38,617 nucleotides of DNA, taken from the NCBI GenBank assembly GCA_025201805.1, contig MU619404.1, positions 13,476 through 52,092 on the forward strand, read 5' to 3'. Every line of letters starts with the position of its first letter. Positions within the stretch are counted from its first letter, which is position 1. The position numbers and the translations under genes are program-made. The notes beneath the pieces are model-generated. The model saw nothing but the letters and a program-made list of their open reading frames with translations. It did no database searches and was not told the origin of the DNA. Shown here in pieces: positions 1 to 12,533 of the stretch. The stretch comes from Parasitella parasitica NRRL 2501 (taxonomy: Eukaryota; Fungi; Mucoromycota).

Positions 1-478
1 CAGATCTTCCAAGTCTTTCAAGAATTGTTTTAGTCAATTCATCAACAGGACTACCTTCAACAATTGCAATAAATTCTTCTTCTTCTCTTTCAATAAAGGC
101 ACGATCAATGTAAAGATCATCATCGTCCTCTTGGTTATCATCACTTTCCTCGTAGTCCAGAGGTTCAAAGGCGCCATTTTCTTCTTGGCTTCTTGAGGGC
201 AAGAAATCTCCATTACTTGCAGTTGAATTTTTCTTTATTGGAATGTATGAGAGGTTTGACACTTTTTGATTGTCTACGCAATGTTCACCTACCTCTGGAG
301 AAAACGTAGATTCACTAATACTTGAAAAGTTAGTAGAATTGGAGTTTCCAGAGTAAATTTCTTCTTGAGTTGACTTTTTTTGAATGAATGCATCCATTCT
401 TTTTTGCGATGCATCTTTTTTTGGTTTATTTTTAGAGCCTGCAAGACGGCCACGACCTTTGCCTGTAGATTTTGTCAT
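1..478 (-). CDS. 5' part of an ORF running off the window edge; AT-hook-like N-terminus plus acidic region; possibly transposon-encoded
   Basis: ATG at 478, with no stop for 159 codons to position 1: MTKSTGKGRGRLAGSKNKPKKDASQKRMDAFIQKK...EPLDYEESDNQEDDDDLYIDRAFIEREEEEFIAIVEGSPVDELTKTILERLGRS. GRGRLAGSKNK resembles the GRGRPxGSKNK AT-hook. Not listed in the ORF track, presumably because it has no stop in the window. Confidence 0.6.
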   Translation of the reverse strand, partial: MTKSTGKGRGRLAGSKNKPKKDASQKRMDAFIQKKSTQEEIYSGNSNSTNFSSISESTFSPEVGEHCVDNQKVSNLSYIPIKKNSTASNGDFLPSRSQEENGAFEPLDYEESDDNQEDDDDLYIDRAFIEREEEEFIAIVEGSPVDELTKTILERLGRS

Positions 479-948
479 TGTAAAAAGATTTTAAAGATGT
501 TGTCCAAAGTAAAGCTTTCGTAAATTTATAAATTTAAGCGTTGTATCCAAAATTTGTATATATTTTGAATCTTTCCAAGTGAGACAGCAATAAACCAAAC
601 CAACGCTTATTTTATACACTTTGTGTGCCCCTCGCTTCATGGGTTTTGGGACAGCGCATCACAATTGACGATTGATGTTGTATTTTGTGATCCAGGAGAT
701 ATGATATTAATTGAACTATTTGAAACCCAATAACCTCGTTTTGAGCATTTTCATTGGTCGTTTAGAATTAATTGCTCAATTTTATTGGCTTAAAACCACA
801 TTTAAACCCAATAACCTGTAAACTAGAGGTTATGATTGGATTACATGACCCCACTTATGAGCAGTGAGCCGTTACAAGTCGGTATCTGGTTGCTACGCCA
901 ATTTTCAATGCCTGGTTGCTATAGACGCAAAGTTTTGATCCAATATCT

Positions 949-1196
949 TTGATCCAATAAATTATGCTGTCCGGACCGAAACAAATGATTTCCATTCATA
1001 ATTAAAATGCCGCTCAATTAGAAGTAGAGTTTTGGCCAATCAAAAATTAAGTTTCGCTTTCACAGGAACAAAATACTGTCCAATCAGAAATCTAATATCG
1101 CTGCCCTAGGAATAGCATTTGATTTCTCTGGCGGCGACGCTCTGTCTGATTGGGTGGTAGTTTGTTCGGTCCGGACAACATAATTTATTGGATCAA
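949..1196. mobile_element. MITE-like element or transposon end bounded by ~35-bp inverted repeats
   Basis: 949-985 TTGATCCAATAAATTATGCTGTCCGGACCGAAACAAA versus the reverse complement of 1161-1196 TTGATCCAATAAATTATGTTGTCCGGACCGAACAAA (31/32 identical over the first 32 bp). No coding capacity and no clear TSD. Confidence 0.65.
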
Positions 1197-1366
1197 CTGA
1201 CAGAGTATAAGAAAGGGGTTTTTAAACGATTTTTTTATATATAGTAATAGAGAGACAGAGAGAGAGAAATGCATTGGATTAGTTATTTTTTGTCAGAGGG
1301 TTATTCTTTTTTTGTGTTTTGTTTAAATACGCTCCCATTTTCTTTTCTTTTTTTTTTTCATTTTCT

Positions 1367-1916
1367 TTAAATTTTCTTTCCAATCTTTGTGTTTCCAATA
1401 AGAGATTTGTGAATATGAGGAAGGACACCACCACCAGCAATAGTAGCCTTGATGAGCGCGTCAAGTTCTTCATCGCCACGGATAGCCAATTGCAAATGTC
1501 TGGGTGTAATACGTTTTACTTTAAGATCCTTGGTAGCGTTACCGGCTAATTCAAGAACTTCGGCTGTGAGATATTCAAGAATAGCAGCAGTGTAAACAGC
1601 AGCCTTTGCACCAACGCGTGCATTGCTGTTGCCCTTTGCTTTTAAATAACGATGAATACGACCTACAGGGAACTATAAAAGTATTATATATTGATTTTGT
1701 GTTGAGAGATATTCAATACCACATGTTGGAATTGATATATGAAAGAGACATTTACCTGAAGACCAGATCTAGCACTTTGAGATAAAGCAGGTGCTTTATC
1801 GTTTTGATCTTTCTTGTTGTTATGGTTGTCAGGTGCAATATCAGCCTGTAGAAAATGTTAGATACAATGTCTAGAGTTTTTTTTGCAATTTTTTCTTCAA
1901 ACGCAATCCATACCAT
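1367..1916 (-). CDS. H2A.Z: Histone H2A.Z, 132 aa, 3 exons (1916-1914, 1845-1756, 1672-1367)
   Basis: Spliced translation [165 protein letters not shown] is the H2A.Z signature. Both introns are GT-AG, phase 0. Confidence 0.96.
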
Positions 1917-2326
1917 TTTGATTATATGTGCGAAATTCAATTAAAAAGTGCTCTTTTATATTTTTTAATGATATTATATTTCCCAAATATAGTGAGAAAG
2001 AGAGAAAGAGAGAAAAAAAAAGAGAAAGAGAAAGAGAAAAAAATAAATAAAAAATAAAAAAACTTAACAACGCGCCTTTTTTCTTTCGCTGATTGGCATT
2101 TATAGCCATAGAGAGGGAGAGAGGGGCATCAAAGGGAAGTGCAGGAAGGGAGGGGGCTTGTAGTGCCGCTATTCTCTGGCTGCAAATTGATGGAAGAAGG
2201 AGCTTCGAGATGATTTCATTTTCGTGCTACATAAATTATAGTAATTTTCGAGGGAATAACTATTTCCATTTCTTTCTTTTTTCTTTCCTTTCCTCTTTAT
2301 TTAAATTTGCCTAAACAACACACAAA

Positions 2327-5300
2327 ATGGCCAAGGTAAAAAGAGACAATGAATACACTAATAAAGCGTATTAAGCTGGATTACAGAAAGTATTAGGCAA
2401 GAAAGGAGAGAAAAAGGTTATCAAAGCAAATCGTCCTGTAAAGGCAGATTGGAAGGAAGGCGTTAAAAAGAAGCAAGTGGGCGTATCTGATATGACATTG
2501 CTCACAAAAATTACAAACGAAGCAATCAATGAAAACTTGCAAAAGAGATGGCAAAATGCCGAGATTTATGTGAGTTGTAACGTTGTCTTGCTTTCCTTAT
2601 GAGCTAATCTTTACAATTGTTAGACTTATATCGGCCATGTACTCATTAGTGTAAATCCCTTCCGAGATTTAGGTATCTACACAGACAACGTTTTGGCTAG
2701 TTATCGAGGAAAGAATTTATTAGAGGTAAGATGGACAAAGAAGAAAGGCACATATACTTACGCTACATTTAGATGCCTCCTCATGTTTTTGCTATAGCTG
2801 AATCTTCTTATCGTCATATGAACAGTTACAAGGAGAATCAATGTATTATCATCAGTGGTGAATCGGGTGCTGGTAAGACTGAAGCAGCCAAGAGAATCAT
2901 GCAATATATTGCTGCCGTATCTGGCGACGGACAGAACTCCTCTATTAAAGAAATTAAGGAAATGGTCTTGGCAACAAATCCCTTGTTAGAAAGTTTTGGC
3001 TGTGCAAAGACACTTCGAAACGACAACTCTAGCCGACATGGTAAATATCTAGAGATTCAATTCAACTCGCAAGGTGAGCCTGTGGGTGCTGTGATTACAA
3101 ACTACTTGTTGGAGAAGGTGAGTTGCAGCATGTAAAAACGTAAATTTACAGTGTGTAACCAGCTCTATTTAGACCCGTGTTGTCGGTCAAATTGATAATG
3201 AAAGAAATTTTCATATCTTTTATCAGCTAACGAAGGCAGCACCTCCTGAATATCAACGTGAGTTTTTCTTTGTCTGCCTTGGTACATGTCGCCTAACTTT
3301 TTTATGCAGAATCATATGGTCTTCAGGGCCCTGAAAGCTTTTTGTATACTAGCAAAAGTGGTTGTTTGGACGTCCCAGGTATCAATGATGCAAATGATTT
3401 TCAAGCAACTTTGGTAAGTCAATGCAGGGGAGAGTATGCGGATGCAATCCATTAATACCGTCCATCCCATTATAGAATGCTATGGGTGTCATTGGATTAG
3501 AAAAGCACGAACAAGATGAAATCTTCAAGATGCTGGCAATCATTCTCTGGCTGGGTAACGTCGTCTTTGTTGAAGACGATAGTGGCAATGCGGCCATTTC
3601 AGATGGAGATGGTAATGTTCAACGATAATAATGACAATTCTGCACAGTCTCACAAATATTGAATGCATAGTGGCCAACTTCATTGCGTACTTGATGGAAG
3701 TGGATAGCGAGTCATTATCAAAAGCGCTCACAAGCCGTATCATGGAAACCCAGCGTGGAGGTAGACGAGGCAGTGTATACGAAGTACCACTCAATGTAGT
3801 CCAAGCAATATCTGTGCGGGACGCACTTTCAAAAACAATCTACGAGCGTTTGTTTGAATGGATTGTAACTCGAGTCAATATATCGTTGCAGGCACGTAGC
3901 GCTCATCAATACACTGTGGGTGTCCTCGACATTTACGGTTTTGAAATTTTTGAAGAAAACAGTTTTGAGCAATTATGTATCAACTATGTCAATGAAAAGC
4001 TGCAGCAGATCTTCATTGAGCTGACGCTCAAGGCTGAACAGGAAGAATACGTACGGGAGCAAATACAATGGACTCCCATCAAGTTTTTCAACAACAAGGT
4101 GGTGTGTGATCTGATCGAAGAAAAGCGCCCTCCAGGATTGTTTGCTGCCCTCAATGACGCTTGCGCTACAGCCCATGCTGATTCTAGCGCTGCTGATAAT
4201 TCTTTTGTGCAGCGCTTGGGCTTCTTGTCCAGCAATCCTCATTTTGAATCGAGAGGCTCCAAGTTTTTGATCCGCCATTATGCTGGTGATGTATTGTACA
4301 ACGTGGAAGGAATGACAGATAGAAATAAGGACTCCTTGCTTAAGGATTTGTTGAATTTGGCAACCGGCTCATCCAACCAATTCATTGCAAATACCTTGTT
4401 CCCTGAACGTATTGACCCCAATTCCAAGAAAAGGCCTCCCACTGCTGGTGACAAGATCAAGGCTTCCTGCAACACGCTTGTCACAAAGTTGATGCAATGC
4501 CATCCTAGTTATATCCGTACCATCAAATCCAATGACAATCGAAGCCCTTCCGAATATGATGAAAAGAGAGTGCTGCATCAAGTTCAATATCTTGGTTTAT
4601 GTGAAAACATCCGTGTCCGTAGAGCTGGTTTTGCTTATAGAACAGTAAGTTGTGTTTGCGTATTGAGATCATGTGGTATTCAATCCAGTATTATCTACTA
4701 GACTTTTGATAAGTTTATGGAGCGATTCTATTTACTATGCCCTACTACAGGCTACGCTGGTGAGTACATCTGGGGTAGAGATGCTATGAGTGGAACGTTG
4801 GAAATTCTCAAGCATAACAACATCGCCGCCGAAGAATGGCAAATGGGTACCACCAAAGTATTTATCCGCCATCCCGAAACTGTAAGTACATGCTTGCATG
4901 CTCAGGAGCAGATACTCACAAGATTCGTTTGCTATTACACAGATTTTTGCATTAGAAACTCTTCGAGACAGGTACTGGCACAACATGGCCACCCGCATTC
5001 AACGTGCATGGAGGGCCTACGTGCGATACAAGATTGAATGCGCTAGGAAGATTCAAAGATTTTGGAGACAAAACAAGTACAACATCGGGTACCTTCAAAT
5101 GCGCGAATATGGCCATCAAATCTTAGGCGGTCAGAAAGAAAGACGCAGATACTCGCTTGTAAGTATGAGACGATTTACTGGAGATTACATGGACATCAAG
5201 ACAGGCTCTGGGTTATCCACTATGATCAGAAACGCTGTGAGTCTTAAAGGCAACGAAGATGTTGTATTTAGTATGCGCGGCAGCACACTTGTTTCGAGAG

Positions 5301-6712
5301 CGATGAGATCCAGTGTCCCCAGCCCAAGAACTTTTGTATTAACAAACCAAAGCTTGCATATTGTCATGGCTACTAAAAACGGGAAAGTGCTGAGCATGAT
5401 AGATGAAAAGGTTATTAGTTTGAATATCATAAGCGGCATTAGCGTGTCGTCGCTTCAAGATGATTGGGTCGTTTTGCATTTAGATGGCTCGCCTGATGGC
5501 GACACTATCTTATCCTGTACCTTCAAGACTGAATTATTAGCCCACATGCTGCAGCAGACGGGTGGCAGAATCAAGGTCTTGGTTGCACCCCAAATTCAGT
5601 ACAAAAAGAAGGGAAATAAGGCTGTTACAATGAAGTTTGTAAAGGATGAAACTGCCAAGGGCGATGGCATTTACAAGAGCCACGTTGTCAAGATTTGCTC
5701 TGGTGCCCCAGCTAATAGTCGTAAGTTGTAACTCGACCTATTAGTGTCTCATCTAACATGGTAATATATTAGAATCTGCCCCTCCTTGTGCTAGAAAACC
5801 TCCTCAGTTAAGTACCAGGTCTACATCAGCCCCTCGTAAGAAAGCCAATCCGGTCCGCAGTGCTCCTCGGCCTACTGCTCCTGCTACTGCTGCTACTGCT
5901 GCCAATAATCGACCTGTCGCCAACAATATAGGTCGTTCTGCTCCACCTCCGCCTGCCCCACCAGTAGCAGCAAACAATGCTCCTCTGCCTCCCCATCCAC
6001 CACCTCCACCTGCCCCATCTTCACCTTTATACAAAGCCATTTATCCTTTTGCATCTCAAGAGGCTGGTGAAATCGCTTTTGAAAAGGGCGATATATTGGA
6101 AATTGTCGAAAAAGATGAAAATGGGTGGTGGTTGGCTCGCAAAGATAGCATTGAAGGATGGGTTCCCAGTAATTATCTGGAAGAATATGTTCCTCCTGTT
6201 GCTCGCTCAACTCCTCCACCTCCGCCTCCGCCTGCTAGAAGAGCCCCTCCTTCTGTGCCCACACCAAATAATGCAAGAGTCCCATCTCAACCACAACAGC
6301 CACAAACCTCAAACGTGCCTGCTTGGAAGCAAGAATTAGATGCCCGTAAAGCTGGTGGTGTTGGCCCGCTTTCAGCCAATACTCCTGTACCAGCTGCTAG
6401 AAAGCCGGCTCCTGCTCCTGGGCCTAAACCAGTAGTGCCTGCTAAGCCTAGTATACCTGGTAAACCAGTGGTCCCATCTAGACCTAGCGCTAATGGCCCT
6501 ACACCTGCTCCTCGTGCTCCTCCTCGTCCTGGTGGATCCAATGGCACACCACCTTCTAATGCTGCGGCTTCTTTGGCCGATGCGGTATGTTCTACTACCG
6601 TTTCATGTAAATAGTGTGCTAATAGCTCTTTTTTATTTATTTATCTATATAGCTTCGTGCTCGTAGACAACAAGCTCCTTCACAGCATGACGACGACGAT
6701 GATGAATGGTAA
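2327..6712 (+). CDS. MYO1: Type I myosin (motor, IQ, TH1, SH3, Pro-rich region, acidic DDEW tail), multi-exon
   Basis: P-loop GESGAGKT, switch motifs NDNSSRHGK and LDIYGFE, TEDS site GRRGSVY, IQ motif IQRAWR, SH3 ([14 protein letters not shown]), and C-terminal HDDDDDEW* (Arp2/3-activating acidic motif). ATG at 2327 followed by GCC AAG|GT; stop TAA at 6710-6712. Confidence 0.97.
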
Positions 6713-7030
6713 CGGCGATAGCAATATAACTAGCCAACTTTTGATCAACCGATTAGACTTGATTTTATTCTATTCAAAATACATTTCATAAACAAACATA
6801 TGTTACAGTAAACACTTTAGTATGTAAAGGCTAGGTATATATATATTGTTGTAGCGTGTAATATGACTGCACCAGCTTGATTGATCTGAAAATATACTCA
6901 AGGCACACAGGCTCTGTTTTATTTAGATTTTGGTTCAAATTAAAGCCGTTATTTAAGAAACCAGGCGACTTGTTCAAGATACAAAGTCTCACTGCGTAGT
7001 GGCATATCGCATAATATGTTATTGATTCTT

Positions 7031-7263
7031 TTACTTTATTCTCTTCTTGAAAGCATTCGCTTTATAAATGGCTAATGGCACTTCATCTTCCTTTTCCTTT
7101 TGTGAGATGACAATCTTCTCAGTTATATTCTCTTGTTCATCGTCGCTATTCTCGTCGTCATCCTCTTCGTCATCATCGTCTGACGTAGAACTATCACTGC
7201 CTTGTTGTGGTTTATGATACATTTGCGTCTTTTTTTTATTGCCTAGCGTGGGTTTCTTTTTGA

Positions 7264-7302
<39 letters not shown>

Positions 7303-9280
7303 GCTGCTCTTGTTGTTTTCGCTGTTTGGGATTCAAGTAATTGTCCGGTACAACGAATCCAGTTGATTCGGCGGGACGAGGATTTGACATGAACATGGAA
7401 GTGTTTCCTTTTTGATTGCTAGCATTTGGATTGTTTGATCGTTTTTTCGATGATTGCTGCTGCTGCTGCTGCTGGCTTTGTGGTTGTTGAGGGGCAGGTC
7501 TTTGCTTCTTGACCAATCGTTTTCTAGGTATCTTTTTTTTAGGCTGCTCTTCTATTGGTATGTCATACGCTGCTGAATACGGTGCATTGGTAGCAATCAC
7601 AGACAAATACCAAAACATCTGGTTGGAGATCAGCACTTGTTCATGTAAGGGTCTTCTTGGATTGGCGAGCTTGACATGCGACATTTTATAAATGTTTCTC
7701 TCTACATGCAGCGGTAAACGTGTCATATGCATGCGATTGAGTTGGAAATCTTTGGGTGCTTTTTTAGGATCGTCAGCAAGGAAATCAAAAGTGGAGGTAT
7801 ATGAGCCATTGTTAAGGTTGTTGGCTTTTGATTTCCTGGAAAACAACGACGAGAGTGTAAATCTTTTAGCAATGCTTGTCGTAGTTGCAGTCGCTGCAGT
7901 AGTGGTGGTGGAGCTATCATTTGATTTCTCATCTTCTATTAATGGTGTAATGCTTGTCGCCGTGCTCAGGGTAGCCGTAGAAGCAGAAGCATTAGGTTCG
8001 ATTTTATTGTTCTTTTTGGAAGATTTCTCATCAGACCAAAATGCCCATGACCATGCACTTTTTCGGCCTTGATTAGATGATGGTGTCGATGTTGAAACGG
8101 ATCTAGCCAAAACGACTGGTGCTGGTGGTGACAATGACGATGAAGACGTTCCCTTCTTTTTATCTCTAGTGGCTATACATAAATCCCTCACTTCCTCATT
8201 TTCCACAACTGGTGAAAGCAGCGCTGAAGACTCTTGTTCCAGAACAGCAGATCCCTCTTTTCCATTCATGGCATCTGATAATATTACTCCTTCGGCTGAT
8301 GTCGATCGAACGATACTGCTCTTTTCAAGACGCTCAGAAGAATCCATACAATCAGATTCACTTTTTCGATTTCTTTGAGGTCCATTGACGGACGAATTTC
8401 GCTTAAAGTTAGTGCGAGCACCTCTTCTAAGCAATGGTCGATCTCCTTTAGGCACCAGTGCTCTGGATTCATCCAACGGTGATGAGTTTCTGTCGAAAAC
8501 CAAAAGGTCTGGCACATTTCTAGCATAGCCTACAAGTAGCACACATTATGAATACAGCACACAATGGCCAACCCCAATGAACCTACCTCCTGTAGTTGGT
8601 AGATGCAAACTCACGCTTCTTCGAAGTGCTATTTTTCGTTTTTTAGTGTCTTCTACTTCCTGGTCTTTTCCCTCTGTGGTATCTTTCTGTTTATGGGGTT
8701 TGCTCTCCAAAGCGTCTAGAGCTGCGTGGCGATCCTTCGCAGCTTCAACTGTATCGCATTCCTCCATGAGTTTCTGTTGATCGCTTGCCGTGAAATAAAC
8801 AGACAACACAGATTGTCTACGCTTCGTGCTCTTTTTTCGTACAATGAGACCATGCGTATCTACATACTTTTCAAATTCTGCTGGTGCAATTTCTGGATGC
8901 TGAGAAGCAGGTACCCTGTTTTGTTACAAAAAAAGGGTCAACAACACTGTATAGAGGAAGCATGTTTTACTCCTTTTGTGAAGTTTTTTACCCATTTACC
9001 AAAATAAGTGAGAAGGATTTGCTGTAGGAATATTAATTACTTCTGTACGTATACTTTCTTCGTCTGTGGATTTATTTAGCTGCCTTGGTAAAGAGAGCGC
9101 TCGAGTCAGGCCTGTTGTTTTTGATTCAGAATCTGATGTCGCTTGCTGTTGGGTATCTTTGGGTGGCTGCTGCTCACTTCTGTCCTCTTCGTCGATAGCA
9201 GTTGGCTTGGAGAGAAAATCCCAATCATCTTTACTCGATACATTTATTTCTGGCAATGCAGTGTTCGGCAGTTGATCCAT
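7031..9280 (-). CDS. ZDS1: Zds1-family protein (PP2A-Cdc55 regulator, Zds_C domain), 3 exons
   Basis: N-terminal motif NPSHLFW|VPASQHPEIAPAEFEKY spans an intron. C-terminal RLPLHVERNIYKMSHVKLANPRRPLHEQVLISNQMFWYL matches the Zds C-terminal domain. PolyQ and acidic tail. Confidence 0.88.
7266..7299. repeat. (CTG)n/(CAG)n microsatellite encoding polyQ in the Zds1-like gene
   Basis: About 11 consecutive CTG units, with a second shorter run near 7456-7473. Confidence 0.9.
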
Positions 9281-9411
9281 TGTGTCTTTCGTATATTTCT
9301 TAAGAAGAAGAAAAAAAGAAATTAAGGAGATGTATACTGTAGCTTAATATATATAGTTATGCAAAATTATTAAGGGGGAGGGTCAAGTGGGGCAATCGCT
9401 GGAGAGACCTA

Positions 9412-9514
<103 letters not shown>

Positions 9515-12500
9515 TGGAGTTTAATAAGCCTTGACAACAACAATAATTGTCTAAAGAAACCTAAATGAATGAACAGTGACGAACTAAAAATCAATGATTG
9601 CCCCCACCAAACCTACAAAAAACTATTCTTAGGTGTGGTTACATTCGTGTTACAAGTATTTTCTTTATTCGTATTGATGACAGGAGGATAGATACGGGTT
9701 TCAAATGTTTAAAATAATTGGAATTACATGACACTGCAACTTTAAAATCTGTAATATCCATGTAGACAGCAGCACTAAGAAATTATCAGAAGAACGAGGC
9801 AGATACAGATTGCAAAAAAAACTTGACATGTTCCAAAGCAAACTTGTTCTATTATTTATGAAAAGTAAAACAGAAGTTTAATCGTGTTCCTCAAACCGAG
9901 ATGAACAGCGCATCGAAAGTGACACGGCCCAGCAAATCTGTAGCTCCTTTTCCACAACATACTTATTTATTGTACTAAATGTTGGTATGTTACCAATTAA
10001 TTTCAAAACATAAAAGGTAACAGCTGCATATCTAGCATGTTTACTAGTCATATTACATCATATTTCCTTTCCTTTCAAAATAATAAACTGCAGCGTATGA
10101 TTATAATTGAAAAAACAAAAATGATTAAAAGAAAGGACGCTAAGAGAAGGAATTAGTATCCAAACCCAGTTTCTTTTTCTTTGTTTCTTTAGCTTTACTT
10201 GTTCTGGGTGTATCAGAGGTGCTGGTTTTGTGTGACATTTGGCATAGTCACCGATCAGCACAGAGATGCAGCATAATTACGATTTTATCAGCTTTTGGAA
10301 AGGGGTCCAAACAACGGGAATTTGGTTAGAGAATTGAACTAATGTCAATAAAAAATTTCTATCAAGCTATGATGGTAATTTTTATCAAGACATTTTAAAT
10401 ATTACTGGCAATTCATAAAATTATACATTTCCCGTGAAAATTAAGAAAATACATCACTTTTCAAATATGGGACTATTCTAAAATGAGGCTCATCTACATT
10501 TAAAAAAACATATTCACAGGCTTGGTACTAATTGTGAGCCACCTTAAGAATTACGCACCTCTCTATATCTATTGGAGACCGATTTAATGCATACCACAAA
10601 TGTGATTATCTTTATATAGCGAAAAAATTGGAAGTATCACATCCTGTATCGGCTTTAGGGATTAAAGCTTGGTTCGGTGAGCAATGTATAAACAATGGTT
10701 GATTGAAAGCTTTTGTAGCTAGAAGTGCTTGCAACTTACCACTTACACAAATAATCCTCTGCTTAAAAATATAAAAATCAGCCAGAAAATGCATCAGCAT
10801 AGGTAAATTTCATGAAAAGTAGTTAATTTAAACACTGCGTCCCAAAATGCTATGAAACTTGATTGGAACCTGTTGGAAATTGACAATAGAAGATGATGAA
10901 GGATGCTCTTTTCCTTAAAAAGATCTACTTGACTCTCAAAAGAGCTGCAACCGGCTATGGTAAAATATTGTTTAAGAAAGTATCTATGGGTTTCCTGAGA
11001 ATATGCTAGCAAAATATCTTCGTGTAAGATTTCATTGCTTGAATATGTAGAAAGCATATGCATACCATATATAAGATCATGAATAAAATACGATGGTAAT
11101 ACACAAACGTGCGTTATTCTATAACGCATGTTTGTCCTTATGCATTTTATAGGAAAAATCATACTATGGCCCATCATCTACTATTAAGAAATAAATCTCA
11201 AAACGCTTTTACTGGGATCGATAACAACACATTATGTAGCAACAAAATATACATAATCGTAATGAAATGATAACTTCATTGCCATATCATTATATATCCT
11301 CTGTGTTGAAATCTATGCCATGCTTTGATGTTTTACTCCTCACATGAGTTTATGCGAATTTGATATCGGGTAATAGGATTGATGATGATCAATAATTAGT
11401 GTTATGTCAAAAGTCTGATTAAATAAATCTGTCAAAGAATTACACTTTTATTCAGAATACATCTCTCGATGTATTATATACACATTCATTACACTAAGGT
11501 TCTACTGCCTAATTGCATAATGTAAATCATGAGTACCATTATTTACTGTAAGAACCTGGGACTGATGTTAGACCCTGATGTGAGACCTTGCCATGTTATT
11601 TATATAACAATTAGGATGCAATCCTTCCAATTTCAAGCTTCATCAACATCAGTAAATTATCATACTAACAAATATTTTAGCATACATCCTAGTAAAAATA
11701 TCTTACCAGCCAAAAAAGGTAAAATATATCACGTGACAAAAAATTGCAAAATCCGACACCAAAAACGTGAACGTATTTTTTGCAGATAACTTTTGATAGA
11801 GACATCGTCCAGTGGAGACCAAGTTATGCTCAGATAGCGATGATTATGCCTGACTTGATGGCGCATAAGACAGGCTTTGATTTGCTCTTTATCACAGCCT
11901 ATCATTGATTATATGCAATTCTGATATGTTAATTTGTGATATCATCTAATAATTTTATAGATGTCAATAAAAATATGAAAGCCAATGTTGTTGCAAGATA
12001 GCGCCAAGTCAACGCCAAGTTTTCCAAGTTTGATCTCGGTGTTACAAATGCTCTTGTTGTTGAACTTTGAAGAAATGTTGAATTTTCCAACATAGCTTTT
12101 GATGACGAGTAGTGACAGCAATAGAAAACTGGGTAACACCCTATTTTCCATAAATCATATTTCTTCTTTAGGTTCCCCCCAATCTCTTTGTGCCCTGCAG
12201 GATTATAATTCTTGTAATTTTTATTTAAGCTTTTCACTTCTCTATTTTTTTTTTATTGGTTTGCGACGTACGTTGGCTTTCCGACTTTGAATAATATGTA
12301 TTCTATATTTTTTTTTCGAAGTTATTTCGAGGCCGAACCTGAAAAGATCGTAATAATATACTTTAGAAGCATGAAACATAGCATATATATGAAGTATCCT
12401 ACAGTATATTATTAGTTTTATGGAAATCGGAATGTTTGATTGAGTCGGATTTGACATATCGTATCGGCACCGACATGGTGTGGTTTTACCGTTATTTCTG

Positions 12501-12533
12501 CAAAGTGAAAAAGGTTTTATTTATCAGACGGGA

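Noticed and set aside
1279-1549. ORF-track calls 1279..1479 (-) and 1319..1549 (+)
   Set aside because: Off-frame or antisense shadows of the H2A.Z last exon.
10058-10261. LIGDYAKCH as a Tc1 DDE motif
   Set aside because: No other DDE-domain motifs in frame; likely chance.
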